Below, in pieces: positions 7,756 to 15,265 of a DNA stretch of 32,000 nt (positions within the stretch are counted from its first letter, which is position 1; every line of letters begins with the position of its first letter). The position numbers and the translations under genes are program-made. Source of the stretch: Gemmata obscuriglobus (GTDB lineage: Bacteria; Planctomycetota; Planctomycetia; Gemmatales; Gemmataceae). The notes below the pieces were generated by a model. It did no database searches. It was not told the DNA's origin and worked only from the letters and a program-made list of their open reading frames with translations. The stretch covers positions 4,590,001-4,622,000 of the forward strand of contig NZ_CP042911.1 in the NCBI RefSeq assembly GCF_008065095.1. Direction: 5' to 3'.

Positions 7756-9615
7756 ATGATGGACCGACGGATAACGGCAACCACAGCCGCGGCACTTTCG
7801 GCAGCGCTCGTCGCGCTGTGTGCGCCAACAGCCTTTCCGCAACCGCCGGGCGGAGGGTTCGGGGGTAAGGGCGGGTTCGGGCCGCCCGGCGGGCAAGAGC
7901 GGAAGCTGGTTGCAGAGTATGACAAGAATAAGGACGGCTGGCTCAACGCGGACGAGCGGAAGCCGGCGCGCGAGGCCGCCAAGAAGGGCGGCCGGGGCGG
8001 GTTCGGCGGTCCGAAGGGTGGGTTCGGGAAAGGCGGCGAGAGCGGCAAACCCGGCCCGAAGGTGAGCCCGGCCGAGGTGAAAAACTATCCGGACGCCAAG
8101 TTGTACGACGCGAGCGTCCTCCGCACCCTGTTCCTGGAGTTTGAAAACGCCGACTGGGAGTCGGAGATGCAGGACTTCCACGGCACCGACGTGGACCTGC
8201 CAGCGACCGTCACGGTGGACGGCAAGCGGTACCCGAACGTGGGCGTCCACTTCCGGGGGATGTCGTCGTACATGGGGGTGGGGGCCGGGTCCAAGCGGTC
8301 GCTCAACATGTCGTTCGACATGGCCGACGGGAAGCAGCGACTCTACGGGTACAAGACGCTGAACCTGCTGAACGCGCACGAGGATCCGTCGCTGATGAGC
8401 ACGGTGCTGTACTCTCACATCGCGAACAAGTACACCCCGACCCCGAAGGCGAACTTTGTGAAGGTGGTCATCAACGGCGAGAGCTGGGGCGTGTACGTCA
8501 GCGTTCAGCAGTTCGACAAGGTGTTCCTCAACGAGAACTACAAGACGACGAAGGGCACCCGGTGGAAGGTCCGCGGTTCGCCGGGCGGGCGCGGCGGGCT
8601 GGAGTACTTCGGCGACGACCCCGCCGCGTACAAGCGCATCTTCGAGATGAAGAGCGGCGAGAACGAGGACGCCTGGAAGGCCCTGGTGAACTTCTGCAAG
8701 GTGCTCAACCAGACCCCGCCGAACAAGCTCGAAGAGGCGCTGAAGCCGATCGCGGACCTGGACAACATCCTGTGGTTCCTGGCCCTGGACGCCGCGCTCA
8801 TCAACTGCGACGGGTACTGGATCCGGTCCAGCGACTACAGCGTTTACCTGGACGAGAAAGGCAAGTTCCATGTCATCCCGCACGACATGAACGAGGCGTT
8901 CCGCCCGGCCGGCGGCCCTGGCATGGGTGGTCCGGGGATGGGCGGGCCGGGTGGCGGCGGATTCCGGCCGCCGGCCCCTGGCGAGGTGCTGCCGGCGCCG
9001 CTTCAGGACGCGCTCCAACTCACCGCGGAGCAGAAGAAGCAGCTTGCCGAAATCCAGAAGGAAACGGAGGCGAAACTCGAAAAGTTGCTGACCGCCGAAC
9101 AGTTCAAACAATTCAAGGAGATGAAGGAGCGTGCGCCCGGCGGTCCCGGTGGGTTCGCCGGGCCGGGAGGCGGGTTCCCCGGCGGTCCGGGCGGTGGCTT
9201 CCCGGGTGGGCCGGGCGGATCCGGTGGCGGCGGACGCGGGGTCGAACTCGACCCGCTCGTCGGACTGAACGACGCCAGCAAACCACTCCGGAGTAAGTTG
9301 CTCGCGGTGCCCGCGCTGCGGGCCAAGTACCTTGCGAATGTGAAGCGGATCGCGGAAGAGTCACTTGACTGGAAAGCGCTCGGGCCGGTCGTCGCTCAGT
9401 ACCGCAAGCTGATCGAGAAGGAAGTGGAGTTGGATACCCGGAAGCTCGACTCCTTCGAGGCGTTCAAGCGGAACACCGACGACAACGCGCCCAGCGCCGG
9501 TGGCGGCGGCGGTGGCTTCGGACGTGGGTCGCAGGGGATGAACGTCCGGGCGTTCGCCGAGCAGCGCCAAAAGTACCTGCTGGCCAACCCCGAGGTTAAG
9601 AAGGCCGCGCCCTGA
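7756..9615 (+). CDS. secreted CotH-family (atypical kinase fold) protein with an EF-hand loop and Gly-rich tracts
   Basis: CotH-like core: 'LPATVTVDGKRYPNVGVHFRGMSS..SKRSLNMSFD', 'LNLLNAHEDPSLMSTVLYSHIA', 'VKVVINGESWGVYVSVQQFDKVFL', 'NCDGYWIRSSDYSVYLDEKGKFHVIPHDMNEAF'. From ATG 7756 the N-terminus 'MMDRRITATTAAALSAALVALCAPTAF' is signal-peptide-like. The track start TTG 7738 is an alternative. Confidence 0.8.
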   Translation: MMDRRITATTAAALSAALVALCAPTAFPQPPGGGFGGKGGFGPPGGQERKLVAEYDKNKDGWLNADERKPAREAAKKGGRGGFGGPKGGFGKGGESGKPGPKVSPAEVKNYPDAKLYDASVLRTLFLEFENADWESEMQDFHGTDVDLPATVTVDGKRYPNVGVHFRGMSSYMGVGAGSKRSLNMSFDMADGKQRLYGYKTLNLLNAHEDPSLMSTVLYSHIANKYTPTPKANFVKVVINGESWGVYVSVQQFDKVFLNENYKTTKGTRWKVRGSPGGRGGLEYFGDDPAAYKRIFEMKSGENEDAWKALVNFCKVLNQTPPNKLEEALKPIADLDNILWFLALDAALINCDGYWIRSSDYSVYLDEKGKFHVIPHDMNEAFRPAGGPGMGGPGMGGPGGGGFRPPAPGEVLPAPLQDALQLTAEQKKQLAEIQKETEAKLEKLLTAEQFKQFKEMKERAPGGPGGFAGPGGGFPGGPGGGFPGGPGGSGGGGRGVELDPLVGLNDASKPLRSKLLAVPALRAKYLANVKRIAEESLDWKALGPVVAQYRKLIEKEVELDTRKLDSFEAFKRNTDDNAPSAGGGGGGFGRGSQGMNVRAFAEQRQKYLLANPEVKKAAP

Positions 9616-9679
9616 ACCCATCCGGCGGGCGGAAATGCTCCTCCGCGTCCGCCGTGTATCAGGGTTGTTAAAGAGTGAG

Positions 9680-9726
9680 GATCTGGCCGCGTGGGCGACG
9701 CATGTCGTCGCCCACGCGGCCAGATC
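9680..9726. terminator. perfect 21-bp-stem hairpin between convergent genes (candidate bidirectional terminator)
   Basis: gatctggccgcgtgggcgacg (9680-9700), loop catgt, and cgtcgcccacgcggccagatc (9706-9726) are exact reverse complements. The hairpin lies between the + gene ending at 9615 and the - gene ending at 9772. Confidence 0.65.
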
Positions 9727-9771
9727 GTTTCAAGTGGTCCGCGCCGACACGCAAGAGACGAACTCACCGTG

Positions 9772-10623
9772 TCATTTGTCGGAGAGGTAGAGTTCGGTGA
9801 ACTTTGCGACCGCCGCGGCCACCTTGTCGGCGGTCGCGGTGCGGCTCGCGGCGTCGCGGAAGTCCCCGCCGAACTCCAACTGGATCGCGTCGATGCCGTA
9901 ATCGCCGCTACCGTAGGTCTGCACGATGTCGCCGCCGCTGAGCGTGGCGTACTCCTTGTCCGCGAGCTTCTCGGGGTACACCTTGTACCCGCCCGCGGCG
10001 AGCAGCCCGAAGAAACTGTTCGGACCGGTGTGCGCCTTCTCGCCGTACCGCTGGACCAGTAACGCGACCGTCTTTCCGTCCTTGGTGCCGCGAATGACCG
10101 TGTCCTTCATGCGCCCCTGGCCGTGAATGTCGAGCAGCAGCCCGCGGCCGTACCGCTTCTTCACCTCGCGGCAGTAGGACGCCAGGGTGCCGCGGTAGGC
10201 GTCGTACGTCGGCTTCGCCTTCGCGTCCTCATAGGCGATCTCGGGCGGGCGGTTCGCGTCAATGAACTTGCGGTGGAACTGCGCGACCACGAGGTACGGC
10301 TTCTTCCCGGTCTTCTTGGCGATCGCCGCGGCTGTCGCGTGGGCGAGCTCTTCCGTTCCGCCGTCCCGCCCAGCGAAGAACCCACTCCCACCGACCGGCA
10401 ACCCGTCACCCTTCCGGGGCGACACGCCGGGCACATCCTTGGTGCCGCCGTGCGGAGCCGAGAGAATCACCGGCGAATCGCCCGGCTCGACCGCCACCAG
10501 GGGACTCGTCGGCGGCTTCCCGATCGCGTGGGGCGTCGGTGCGACCGGCGCGTCGGCCAGGGCAACGACAGCCGCGAGCGCCAGCGCGACCGTGATAAGA
10601 GCGAACCGACGAAGTGGCAGCAT
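9772..10623 (-). CDS. secreted N-formylglutamate amidohydrolase (FGase)-family zinc hydrolase-like protein
   Basis: Signal peptide 'MLPLRRFALITVALALAAVVALADA'. FGase-family-like motifs appear in order: 'ILSAPHGG', 'FIDANRPP', 'LLLDIHGQ', 'IQLEFG'. The family assignment comes from motif recognition only. Confidence 0.65.
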   Translation of the reverse strand: MLPLRRFALITVALALAAVVALADAPVAPTPHAIGKPPTSPLVAVEPGDSPVILSAPHGGTKDVPGVSPRKGDGLPVGGSGFFAGRDGGTEELAHATAAAIAKKTGKKPYLVVAQFHRKFIDANRPPEIAYEDAKAKPTYDAYRGTLASYCREVKKRYGRGLLLDIHGQGRMKDTVIRGTKDGKTVALLVQRYGEKAHTGPNSFFGLLAAGGYKVYPEKLADKEYATLSGGDIVQTYGSGDYGIDAIQLEFGGDFRDAASRTATADKVAAAVAKFTELYLSDK

Positions 10624-10650
10624 GATGGGCCTTGAAACGAGAAAGGGGAT

Positions 10651-10676
10651 CGGGCGTCACGGGTCCGTGACGCCCG
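10651..10676 (-). terminator. hairpin downstream of the DUF1559 gene
   Basis: cgggcgtcacgg / ccgtgacgcccg is a perfect 12-bp inverted repeat with centre gt, so the effective loop is about 4 nt. It lies 12 nt after the minus-strand stop at 10688. On the minus strand it is followed by the T-rich atcccctttctcgtttc. Confidence 0.45.
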
Positions 10677-10687
10677 CGGTTAGAGCA

Positions 10688-11668
10688 TTAGTAGTCCGTC
10701 AGCACTTCCCCGTGACTGCGGGTGAGCAGGGCCGCCACGATCCCGACCGACACGGACTGGCGGATGAAAGCCACCGAACCGTCGGCTCGCGCGATGTTCA
10801 TACCGCCCGAGTGAAACGAGTACGCTTCTCCGTCATTTGTTCCGTTCATGGCCAGAGTGCGAGTCGATCGTGTGGCGGTATCGTCGTCGGACACACCGGT
10901 GGCCGGGTTGCTCCCGTCGAAGATGTGGTAATTGCGGTGGTCGGGCCACATCTGCGTGTTAGCGGTGGTGTCACCAGTCGGGCGACCAATCCGGTAGGCA
11001 GTCGGACCACCCGCCGCCTCCATCAGCATGATGGTGTTTGACGTGCCGTCGGTGATGGCAGTGAACGGCGTATCCACGTTCGGTCGCGTCGCCGCGCTCC
11101 ACGAGCTATTCACGGTGGCCGACAGCAACGTATCAGTGTTAATGGTGCTCCGGCATCGCGCGAAAATCAGGTAGTCAGTTACGTATCCCGTCACGGTGCC
11201 CCCTCCGTAGGTTGACGGGGCACCGAACGACCGGGTACGATCACTACCGGGTGACGACGGGCACAAGTAGATGGGGATCGGCGAAGCGGCCAGCGGCCGG
11301 TTCACGAGTTCTCGCCAGTCCAAGGCCGAATCGTACTTATTCTGAATGTTCGACTGTTCAATGTACGGCAGGAGAATGAAGTGGAAGCTGCGAGCCGCAC
11401 GCGTCCCCTTCGGTGCCGGGAACGGTAGGGTATTCGGCGCGTTCGAATCGAAGTCGATGGCCGTGGGCGGTAGGCCGCCGTAGGTGTTCTCGTAGTTATG
11501 CGAGGCCAAGCCGAGCTGCTTGAGGTGGTTCTGGCACTTCATGCGTGCAGCGGCTTCGCGCACCTTCTGCACGGCCGGAAGCAGCAGCCCGATGAGGATC
11601 GCAATAATCGCGATCACCACCAGCAACTCGATCAGCGTGAACCCGCGGCGGGGTCGGACGGGAGGCAT
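10688..11668 (-). CDS. DUF1559 protein with prepilin-type N-terminal cleavage/methylation domain and C-terminal H-X9-DG motif
   Basis: '[34 protein letters not shown]' is a classic type IV pilin-like leader plus hydrophobic helix. The C-terminal '[14 protein letters not shown]' fits H-X9-DG. A Shine-Dalgarno GAGGAA lies 5 nt upstream of the ATG. This family is greatly expanded in Planctomycetota. Confidence 0.9.
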   Translation of the reverse strand: MPPVRPRRGFTLIELLVVIAIIAILIGLLLPAVQKVREAAARMKCQNHLKQLGLASHNYENTYGGLPPTAIDFDSNAPNTLPFPAPKGTRAARSFHFILLPYIEQSNIQNKYDSALDWRELVNRPLAASPIPIYLCPSSPGSDRTRSFGAPSTYGGGTVTGYVTDYLIFARCRSTINTDTLLSATVNSSWSAATRPNVDTPFTAITDGTSNTIMLMEAAGGPTAYRIGRPTGDTTANTQMWPDHRNYHIFDGSNPATGVSDDDTATRSTRTLAMNGTNDGEAYSFHSGGMNIARADGSVAFIRQSVSVGIVAALLTRSHGEVLTDY

Positions 11669-11768
11669 AGCACTTCCTCAAAAATGAATAGCGAATCAAC
11701 GTGCCGGTCGTGGGGGGGACCGGCCGGGCAGCGAGAATAGAGAGTCGGCGTGAGCGGTCGGCGGCGGG

Positions 11769-12545
11769 CTATTCTTTACCGGCGGTCCACAGCAGGGCCT
11801 TGCGGAACAGGGCCTTTGCCTCCGGCGTGTCGGTCTTCTCGGGGTGCGGGCTCCAGCAGAACACCCGCCCGGTGCCGTAGCTGCCGCGGGCGGCAGCGGT
11901 CGTGCCCTTCATCACTCCGGGCTTCGCCCCGCCCTTGCTGAAAATCTCGGTTTCGTAAGTGGCCAGTTCCTCGTAATCCGGGATGGCGTCGTCCTTGCCC
12001 GGTGCGAGCAGCGGCCCCTGACCGTAGTAAACGGTCAGCTTCTCCGCCTTGGTGTCGAAGAACTCCTTGCCCTTGGGGCCGAACCGCAGTTCCACGTCGC
12101 CGGTGCCGCGCGCCCAGTGGGCGCGGTCGAGCACTTCGGCGTCGAGGATGTGTAAGGACCAGTCGTAGCTGCGGCTCGCGAGGTAGGCGCCGGCGCAGAT
12201 GCCGATGTAGCCGTTGCCGTCCTTCACGAACTGCTTCACCTTCGCGCGGCCCTCTTCGCCCAGGTCCTTCGCCTGAGCGGACCCGCTCCCGCCGGGCTGG
12301 ATCAGCACCCGGAAGTCTTTGAGGGCACCGGCGCGGATGTCTTCACCGGTCACGAGCGTGACCTCGAACCCGGGGGTCTTCTCAACGGCCGCCGCCGCCG
12401 GCCCCTTGGTCTTGGCGGCACCGCCACCGGCGAACAGCGCGACCCGCACCGGTTTGTCGCCCTTGGCGGGCGGTTCCGACTGGGCGAACGACACCGACAG
12501 CACGACCGCGACCAGTGCGGCGAACGGTACGACGGAACGGGGCAC
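11769..12545 (-). CDS. secreted BPL_N / class I glutamine-amidotransferase-like domain protein
   Basis: GTG start with signal peptide 'MPRSVVPFAALVAVVLSVSFAQS'. 'FRVLIQPGGSGSAQAKDLGEEGRAKVKQFVKDGNGYIGICAGAYLAS' resembles the nucleophile-elbow region of GATase1-like/BPL_N domains. The functional call is tentative. Confidence 0.65.
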   Translation of the reverse strand: MPRSVVPFAALVAVVLSVSFAQSEPPAKGDKPVRVALFAGGGAAKTKGPAAAAVEKTPGFEVTLVTGEDIRAGALKDFRVLIQPGGSGSAQAKDLGEEGRAKVKQFVKDGNGYIGICAGAYLASRSYDWSLHILDAEVLDRAHWARGTGDVELRFGPKGKEFFDTKAEKLTVYYGQGPLLAPGKDDAIPDYEELATYETEIFSKGGAKPGVMKGTTAAARGSYGTGRVFCWSPHPEKTDTPEAKALFRKALLWTAGKE

Positions 12546-12695
12546 GTTTTTGCCTTTCCGCGCGGGTGATTAACAGGGAAAATGAAGCGGAAGGAGAGTA
12601 TCGCCTCAGAGAGGATCACGACAAACCGGTTCCGGGGGTGACACGGCCGATCGATTTGTTACGATTTTTCTCTTCAACTACGTCCCAACCGCGTG

Positions 12696-13274
12696 ATGAC
12701 CGAAGGTTCCATTACCGCCTGGGTTCAGCGCCTCGCCGCCGGCGACGGTGACGCCGCACGGCCGCTCTGGGACCGGTACTTTCGCCGCATGGTGTCGCTC
12801 GCCGCCGGGCGCATGGTCGGGCGCGCCGCCGACGCCGAGGACGTGGCCCTGTCCGCCTTCTTCCAGTTCTGCCGGGCCGCCTCGGGTCAGAAGTTCGCCC
12901 GGCTCGCCAGCCGCGACGACCTGTGGCACCTGTTGGTGGTGCTGACCGCTCGAAAGGCGGTGGACTGGCGCAAACACCAGTCGGCCCAAAAACGAGGCCG
13001 CCCCACCGACGAGTTGCCCGACGACGTTCCCGGGTCCATAGTGGACCCGGCACTGGCCGCGGCGGTGGGGGACGAGATCCGGATGCTGTTCGACAAACTC
13101 GATTCGGACGAACTGCGGGAGCTGGCCCGGTTCAAGCTGGACGGGTACACGAACGAGGAGATCGCCGAGCGGCTCGGTTGCACGGTCCGCACCGTGTGCC
13201 GCCGGCTCGCCCTGATCCGCGACATCTGGGAATCCGACCCGCCGGCCGAGCCCGACGCTCGTCCCAGGCACTGA
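12696..13274 (+). CDS. ECF sigma factor (Sigma70_ECF / ECF43-like type that is genomically linked to Ser/Thr kinases)
   Basis: The N-terminus 'TEGSITAWVQRLAAGDGDAARPLWDRYFRRMVSLA' is typical of the planctomycetal Sigma70_ECF family. Region 4 HTH is 'YTNEEIAERLGCTVRTVCRRLALIRDIW'. ATG 12696 is preferred; GTG 12693 is the track start. The stop lies 12 nt before the kinase start. Confidence 0.85.
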   Translation: MTEGSITAWVQRLAAGDGDAARPLWDRYFRRMVSLAAGRMVGRAADAEDVALSAFFQFCRAASGQKFARLASRDDLWHLLVVLTARKAVDWRKHQSAQKRGRPTDELPDDVPGSIVDPALAAAVGDEIRMLFDKLDSDELRELARFKLDGYTNEEIAERLGCTVRTVCRRLALIRDIWESDPPAEPDARPRH

Positions 13275-13286
13275 ACAGGCGCCTCC

Positions 13287-15212
13287 ATGCCCGACACCGC
13301 CCCCTCCACGTTCCTTGGGCTACCCACCGGCGCCAAACGCCGCGTGGACGCCGTGTGCGTCGCGTTCGAGCGCGCCGGGGCCGGCGCGCGGATCGAGGAC
13401 TACGTGGAGCAGGTCGAGCCGGCGGCCCGCGACGCGCTCCTGACCGAACTGGTCGCGCTGGAGCTGGAGCAGCGCCGGGCCGCCGGCGAGCGCCCGCAAG
13501 CGGCGGAGTACGTCGAACGCTTCCCGAGCCGTGCGCCGGCGGTACGCGCGGCGTTCGGAACGGCGACGCCCGCAGTGGGGGACGTGTTGGGCAAGTACCG
13601 GCTCACCGGGGTGCTCGGGCGCGGCGGGATGGGGGTGGTGTTCGAGGCGGACGACCCGGTCATCGACCGAAAGGTGGCGGTCAAGGCGCTGCCGGACGCG
13701 CGGTCCGCCGACCCGCACGCCCGCGAGCGGCTGCTGAGCGAGGCCCGCCTCGCCGGACAGTTACTACACCCGAACGTGGTGGCCGTGTTCGAAGCCGGAG
13801 AGGCGAACGGGGTCGCGTTCCTGGTCCTGGAGCGCGTCCCCGGCGGGAGCTGCGCGGACCGGCTCAAGCGCGACGGGGCGCTCGACTGGCGGTTCGCCAC
13901 CCGCGTCCTCGTGGACGCGTGCCGCGGGTTGGTCGCGATTCACGGGGCCGGGTTCTTGCACCTGGACGTGAAGCCAGGCAACATCCTGCTACCGGAGCGA
14001 GCCGGCACGCCGGACGGCTCGACCGGAAGCGGGGTGCTCGCGAAGCTCGCCGACTTCAGCCTGTCGGCTTCGGACGGCACCGTCACCGTCCCGGGTTCCA
14101 CCGCCGGCACGCCCGCGTACATGGCCCCCGAACAGCGCGACGGGGCACCGCTGACCCAGCGCACGGATGTGTTCGGGCTCGGGGCCGCGTACTTCGCGTT
14201 ACTCACCGGCTCGGCGCCTTACGCCGGCGCGACGGTAACGGAGGTGGTGGCGGAACAACTCCGCGAGCCGGCCCCGGACCCGCGCGCCTTGAACCCGGCG
14301 GTGCCCGCGAGGGTCGCCCGGATCGTCCGGAGCGCGATGGCCCCGCGACCGGAAGACCGCTACCCGTCGGCCGCGGCGCTGCTCACGGACTTGGAGAAGG
14401 TACTCGCCCCGCCGCGGCCGCGTCTCTGGCCGGCGGCGCTCGCTCTTGGGGCGCTGCTCGCGGCCGGCGCGTGGGCGGCGTGGGAACTGCTGCCCGGCCC
14501 CGGGCGGGCGCGCCAGCCCGCCGTGTTCGCAACGGTCGACACCTGGGAACCGCTCCTGGACCAACACGACTTGGGGCAATGGACGCCGGTGGTGCCCGAC
14601 GGCGTCACCCCGATCGGGGTCGGCCCGCAAAGCCTGTTCGGGCTGGTCACGCTCGACGGCCGCCCCGCGGTGCGGGCGACCGGAACGGGTTTAGGGAGCG
14701 TCGAGTCGGGCCGGGAGTTCGAGAACTTCCACCTGCGGTTCGAGTACCGCTGGGCGGAAGCGGCCGGCGAGCACTACGCGAGCGTGCGGTACCACTGCAC
14801 CGGGGAGCTCGGCTCGCGCGGCACGCACGGAATGCAGTTGCACCTCCAGCGGGCCGGCGAGTACCGGCGGCTCAACGACCTGCTCCGGATTGATGTCGGC
14901 GTGATCCGCGGCGGCGCGGTGGAATCGGTGCGCCCGGGCGGCCGGCGGATCGACCCCGAGTTGCTCGCGGAGGTCCCGGTGGGCCGGTGGAACCGGGCCG
15001 CGATCGTGTGTGTCGACGATTGGGCGGTCCATGTCATCAACGACACGCCGGTGCTGTCACTGGCCCGGTCGCGCCGGGCGGACCCGCCGGACGAGCCGCT
15101 CCGCCGCGGGCGCATCCGGTTCCAGTCGATCAAGGGCGAAATCTTTTTCCGCAACATTGAGGTCCGGCGCGTCACCGAACTGCCCCCGGAGTACCGGCGC
15201 CCCGCCGAGTGA
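13287..15212 (+). CDS. membrane Ser/Thr protein kinase with C-terminal extracytoplasmic DUF1080 (3-keto-disaccharide hydrolase / lectin-like) domain
   Basis: Kinase motifs: 'LGRGGMGVVFEA', 'VAVKAL', 'HLDVKPGNILL', 'LADFSLS', 'GTPAYMAPEQ'. The TM segment is 'LWPAALALGALLAAGAWAAW'. The DUF1080-like C-terminus has 'FENFHLRFEYRW' and 'GRIRFQSIKGEIFFRNIEVRRV'. Confidence 0.9.
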   Translation: MPDTAPSTFLGLPTGAKRRVDAVCVAFERAGAGARIEDYVEQVEPAARDALLTELVALELEQRRAAGERPQAAEYVERFPSRAPAVRAAFGTATPAVGDVLGKYRLTGVLGRGGMGVVFEADDPVIDRKVAVKALPDARSADPHARERLLSEARLAGQLLHPNVVAVFEAGEANGVAFLVLERVPGGSCADRLKRDGALDWRFATRVLVDACRGLVAIHGAGFLHLDVKPGNILLPERAGTPDGSTGSGVLAKLADFSLSASDGTVTVPGSTAGTPAYMAPEQRDGAPLTQRTDVFGLGAAYFALLTGSAPYAGATVTEVVAEQLREPAPDPRALNPAVPARVARIVRSAMAPRPEDRYPSAAALLTDLEKVLAPPRPRLWPAALALGALLAAGAWAAWELLPGPGRARQPAVFATVDTWEPLLDQHDLGQWTPVVPDGVTPIGVGPQSLFGLVTLDGRPAVRATGTGLGSVESGREFENFHLRFEYRWAEAAGEHYASVRYHCTGELGSRGTHGMQLHLQRAGEYRRLNDLLRIDVGVIRGGAVESVRPGGRRIDPELLAEVPVGRWNRAAIVCVDDWAVHVINDTPVLSLARSRRADPPDEPLRRGRIRFQSIKGEIFFRNIEVRRVTELPPEYRRPAE

Positions 15213-15265
15213 CGCGAACTCGAATGGAGTACACGGCACCCGGCGTGATCGCGTCGAGCCGCCTG

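Noticed and set aside
7840-9530. Repetitive GGN/CCN-rich DNA inside the CotH-like gene as a tandem-repeat or CRISPR-like array
   Set aside because: The repeats are in-frame Gly/Pro/Phe codon runs of variable length and sequence inside a continuous ORF. There is no repeat-spacer periodicity.
12923-14893. 656-aa plus-strand ORF overlapping the sigma and kinase genes in another frame. The same applies to 1368..3116 (+), 2231..3619 (-), 7723..9111 (-), 16417..17916 (+) and 18363..19607 (+).
   Set aside because: Extreme Arg/Gly/Pro/Ala content and no domain signatures. Each overlaps a gene with clear family motifs in a different frame or strand.
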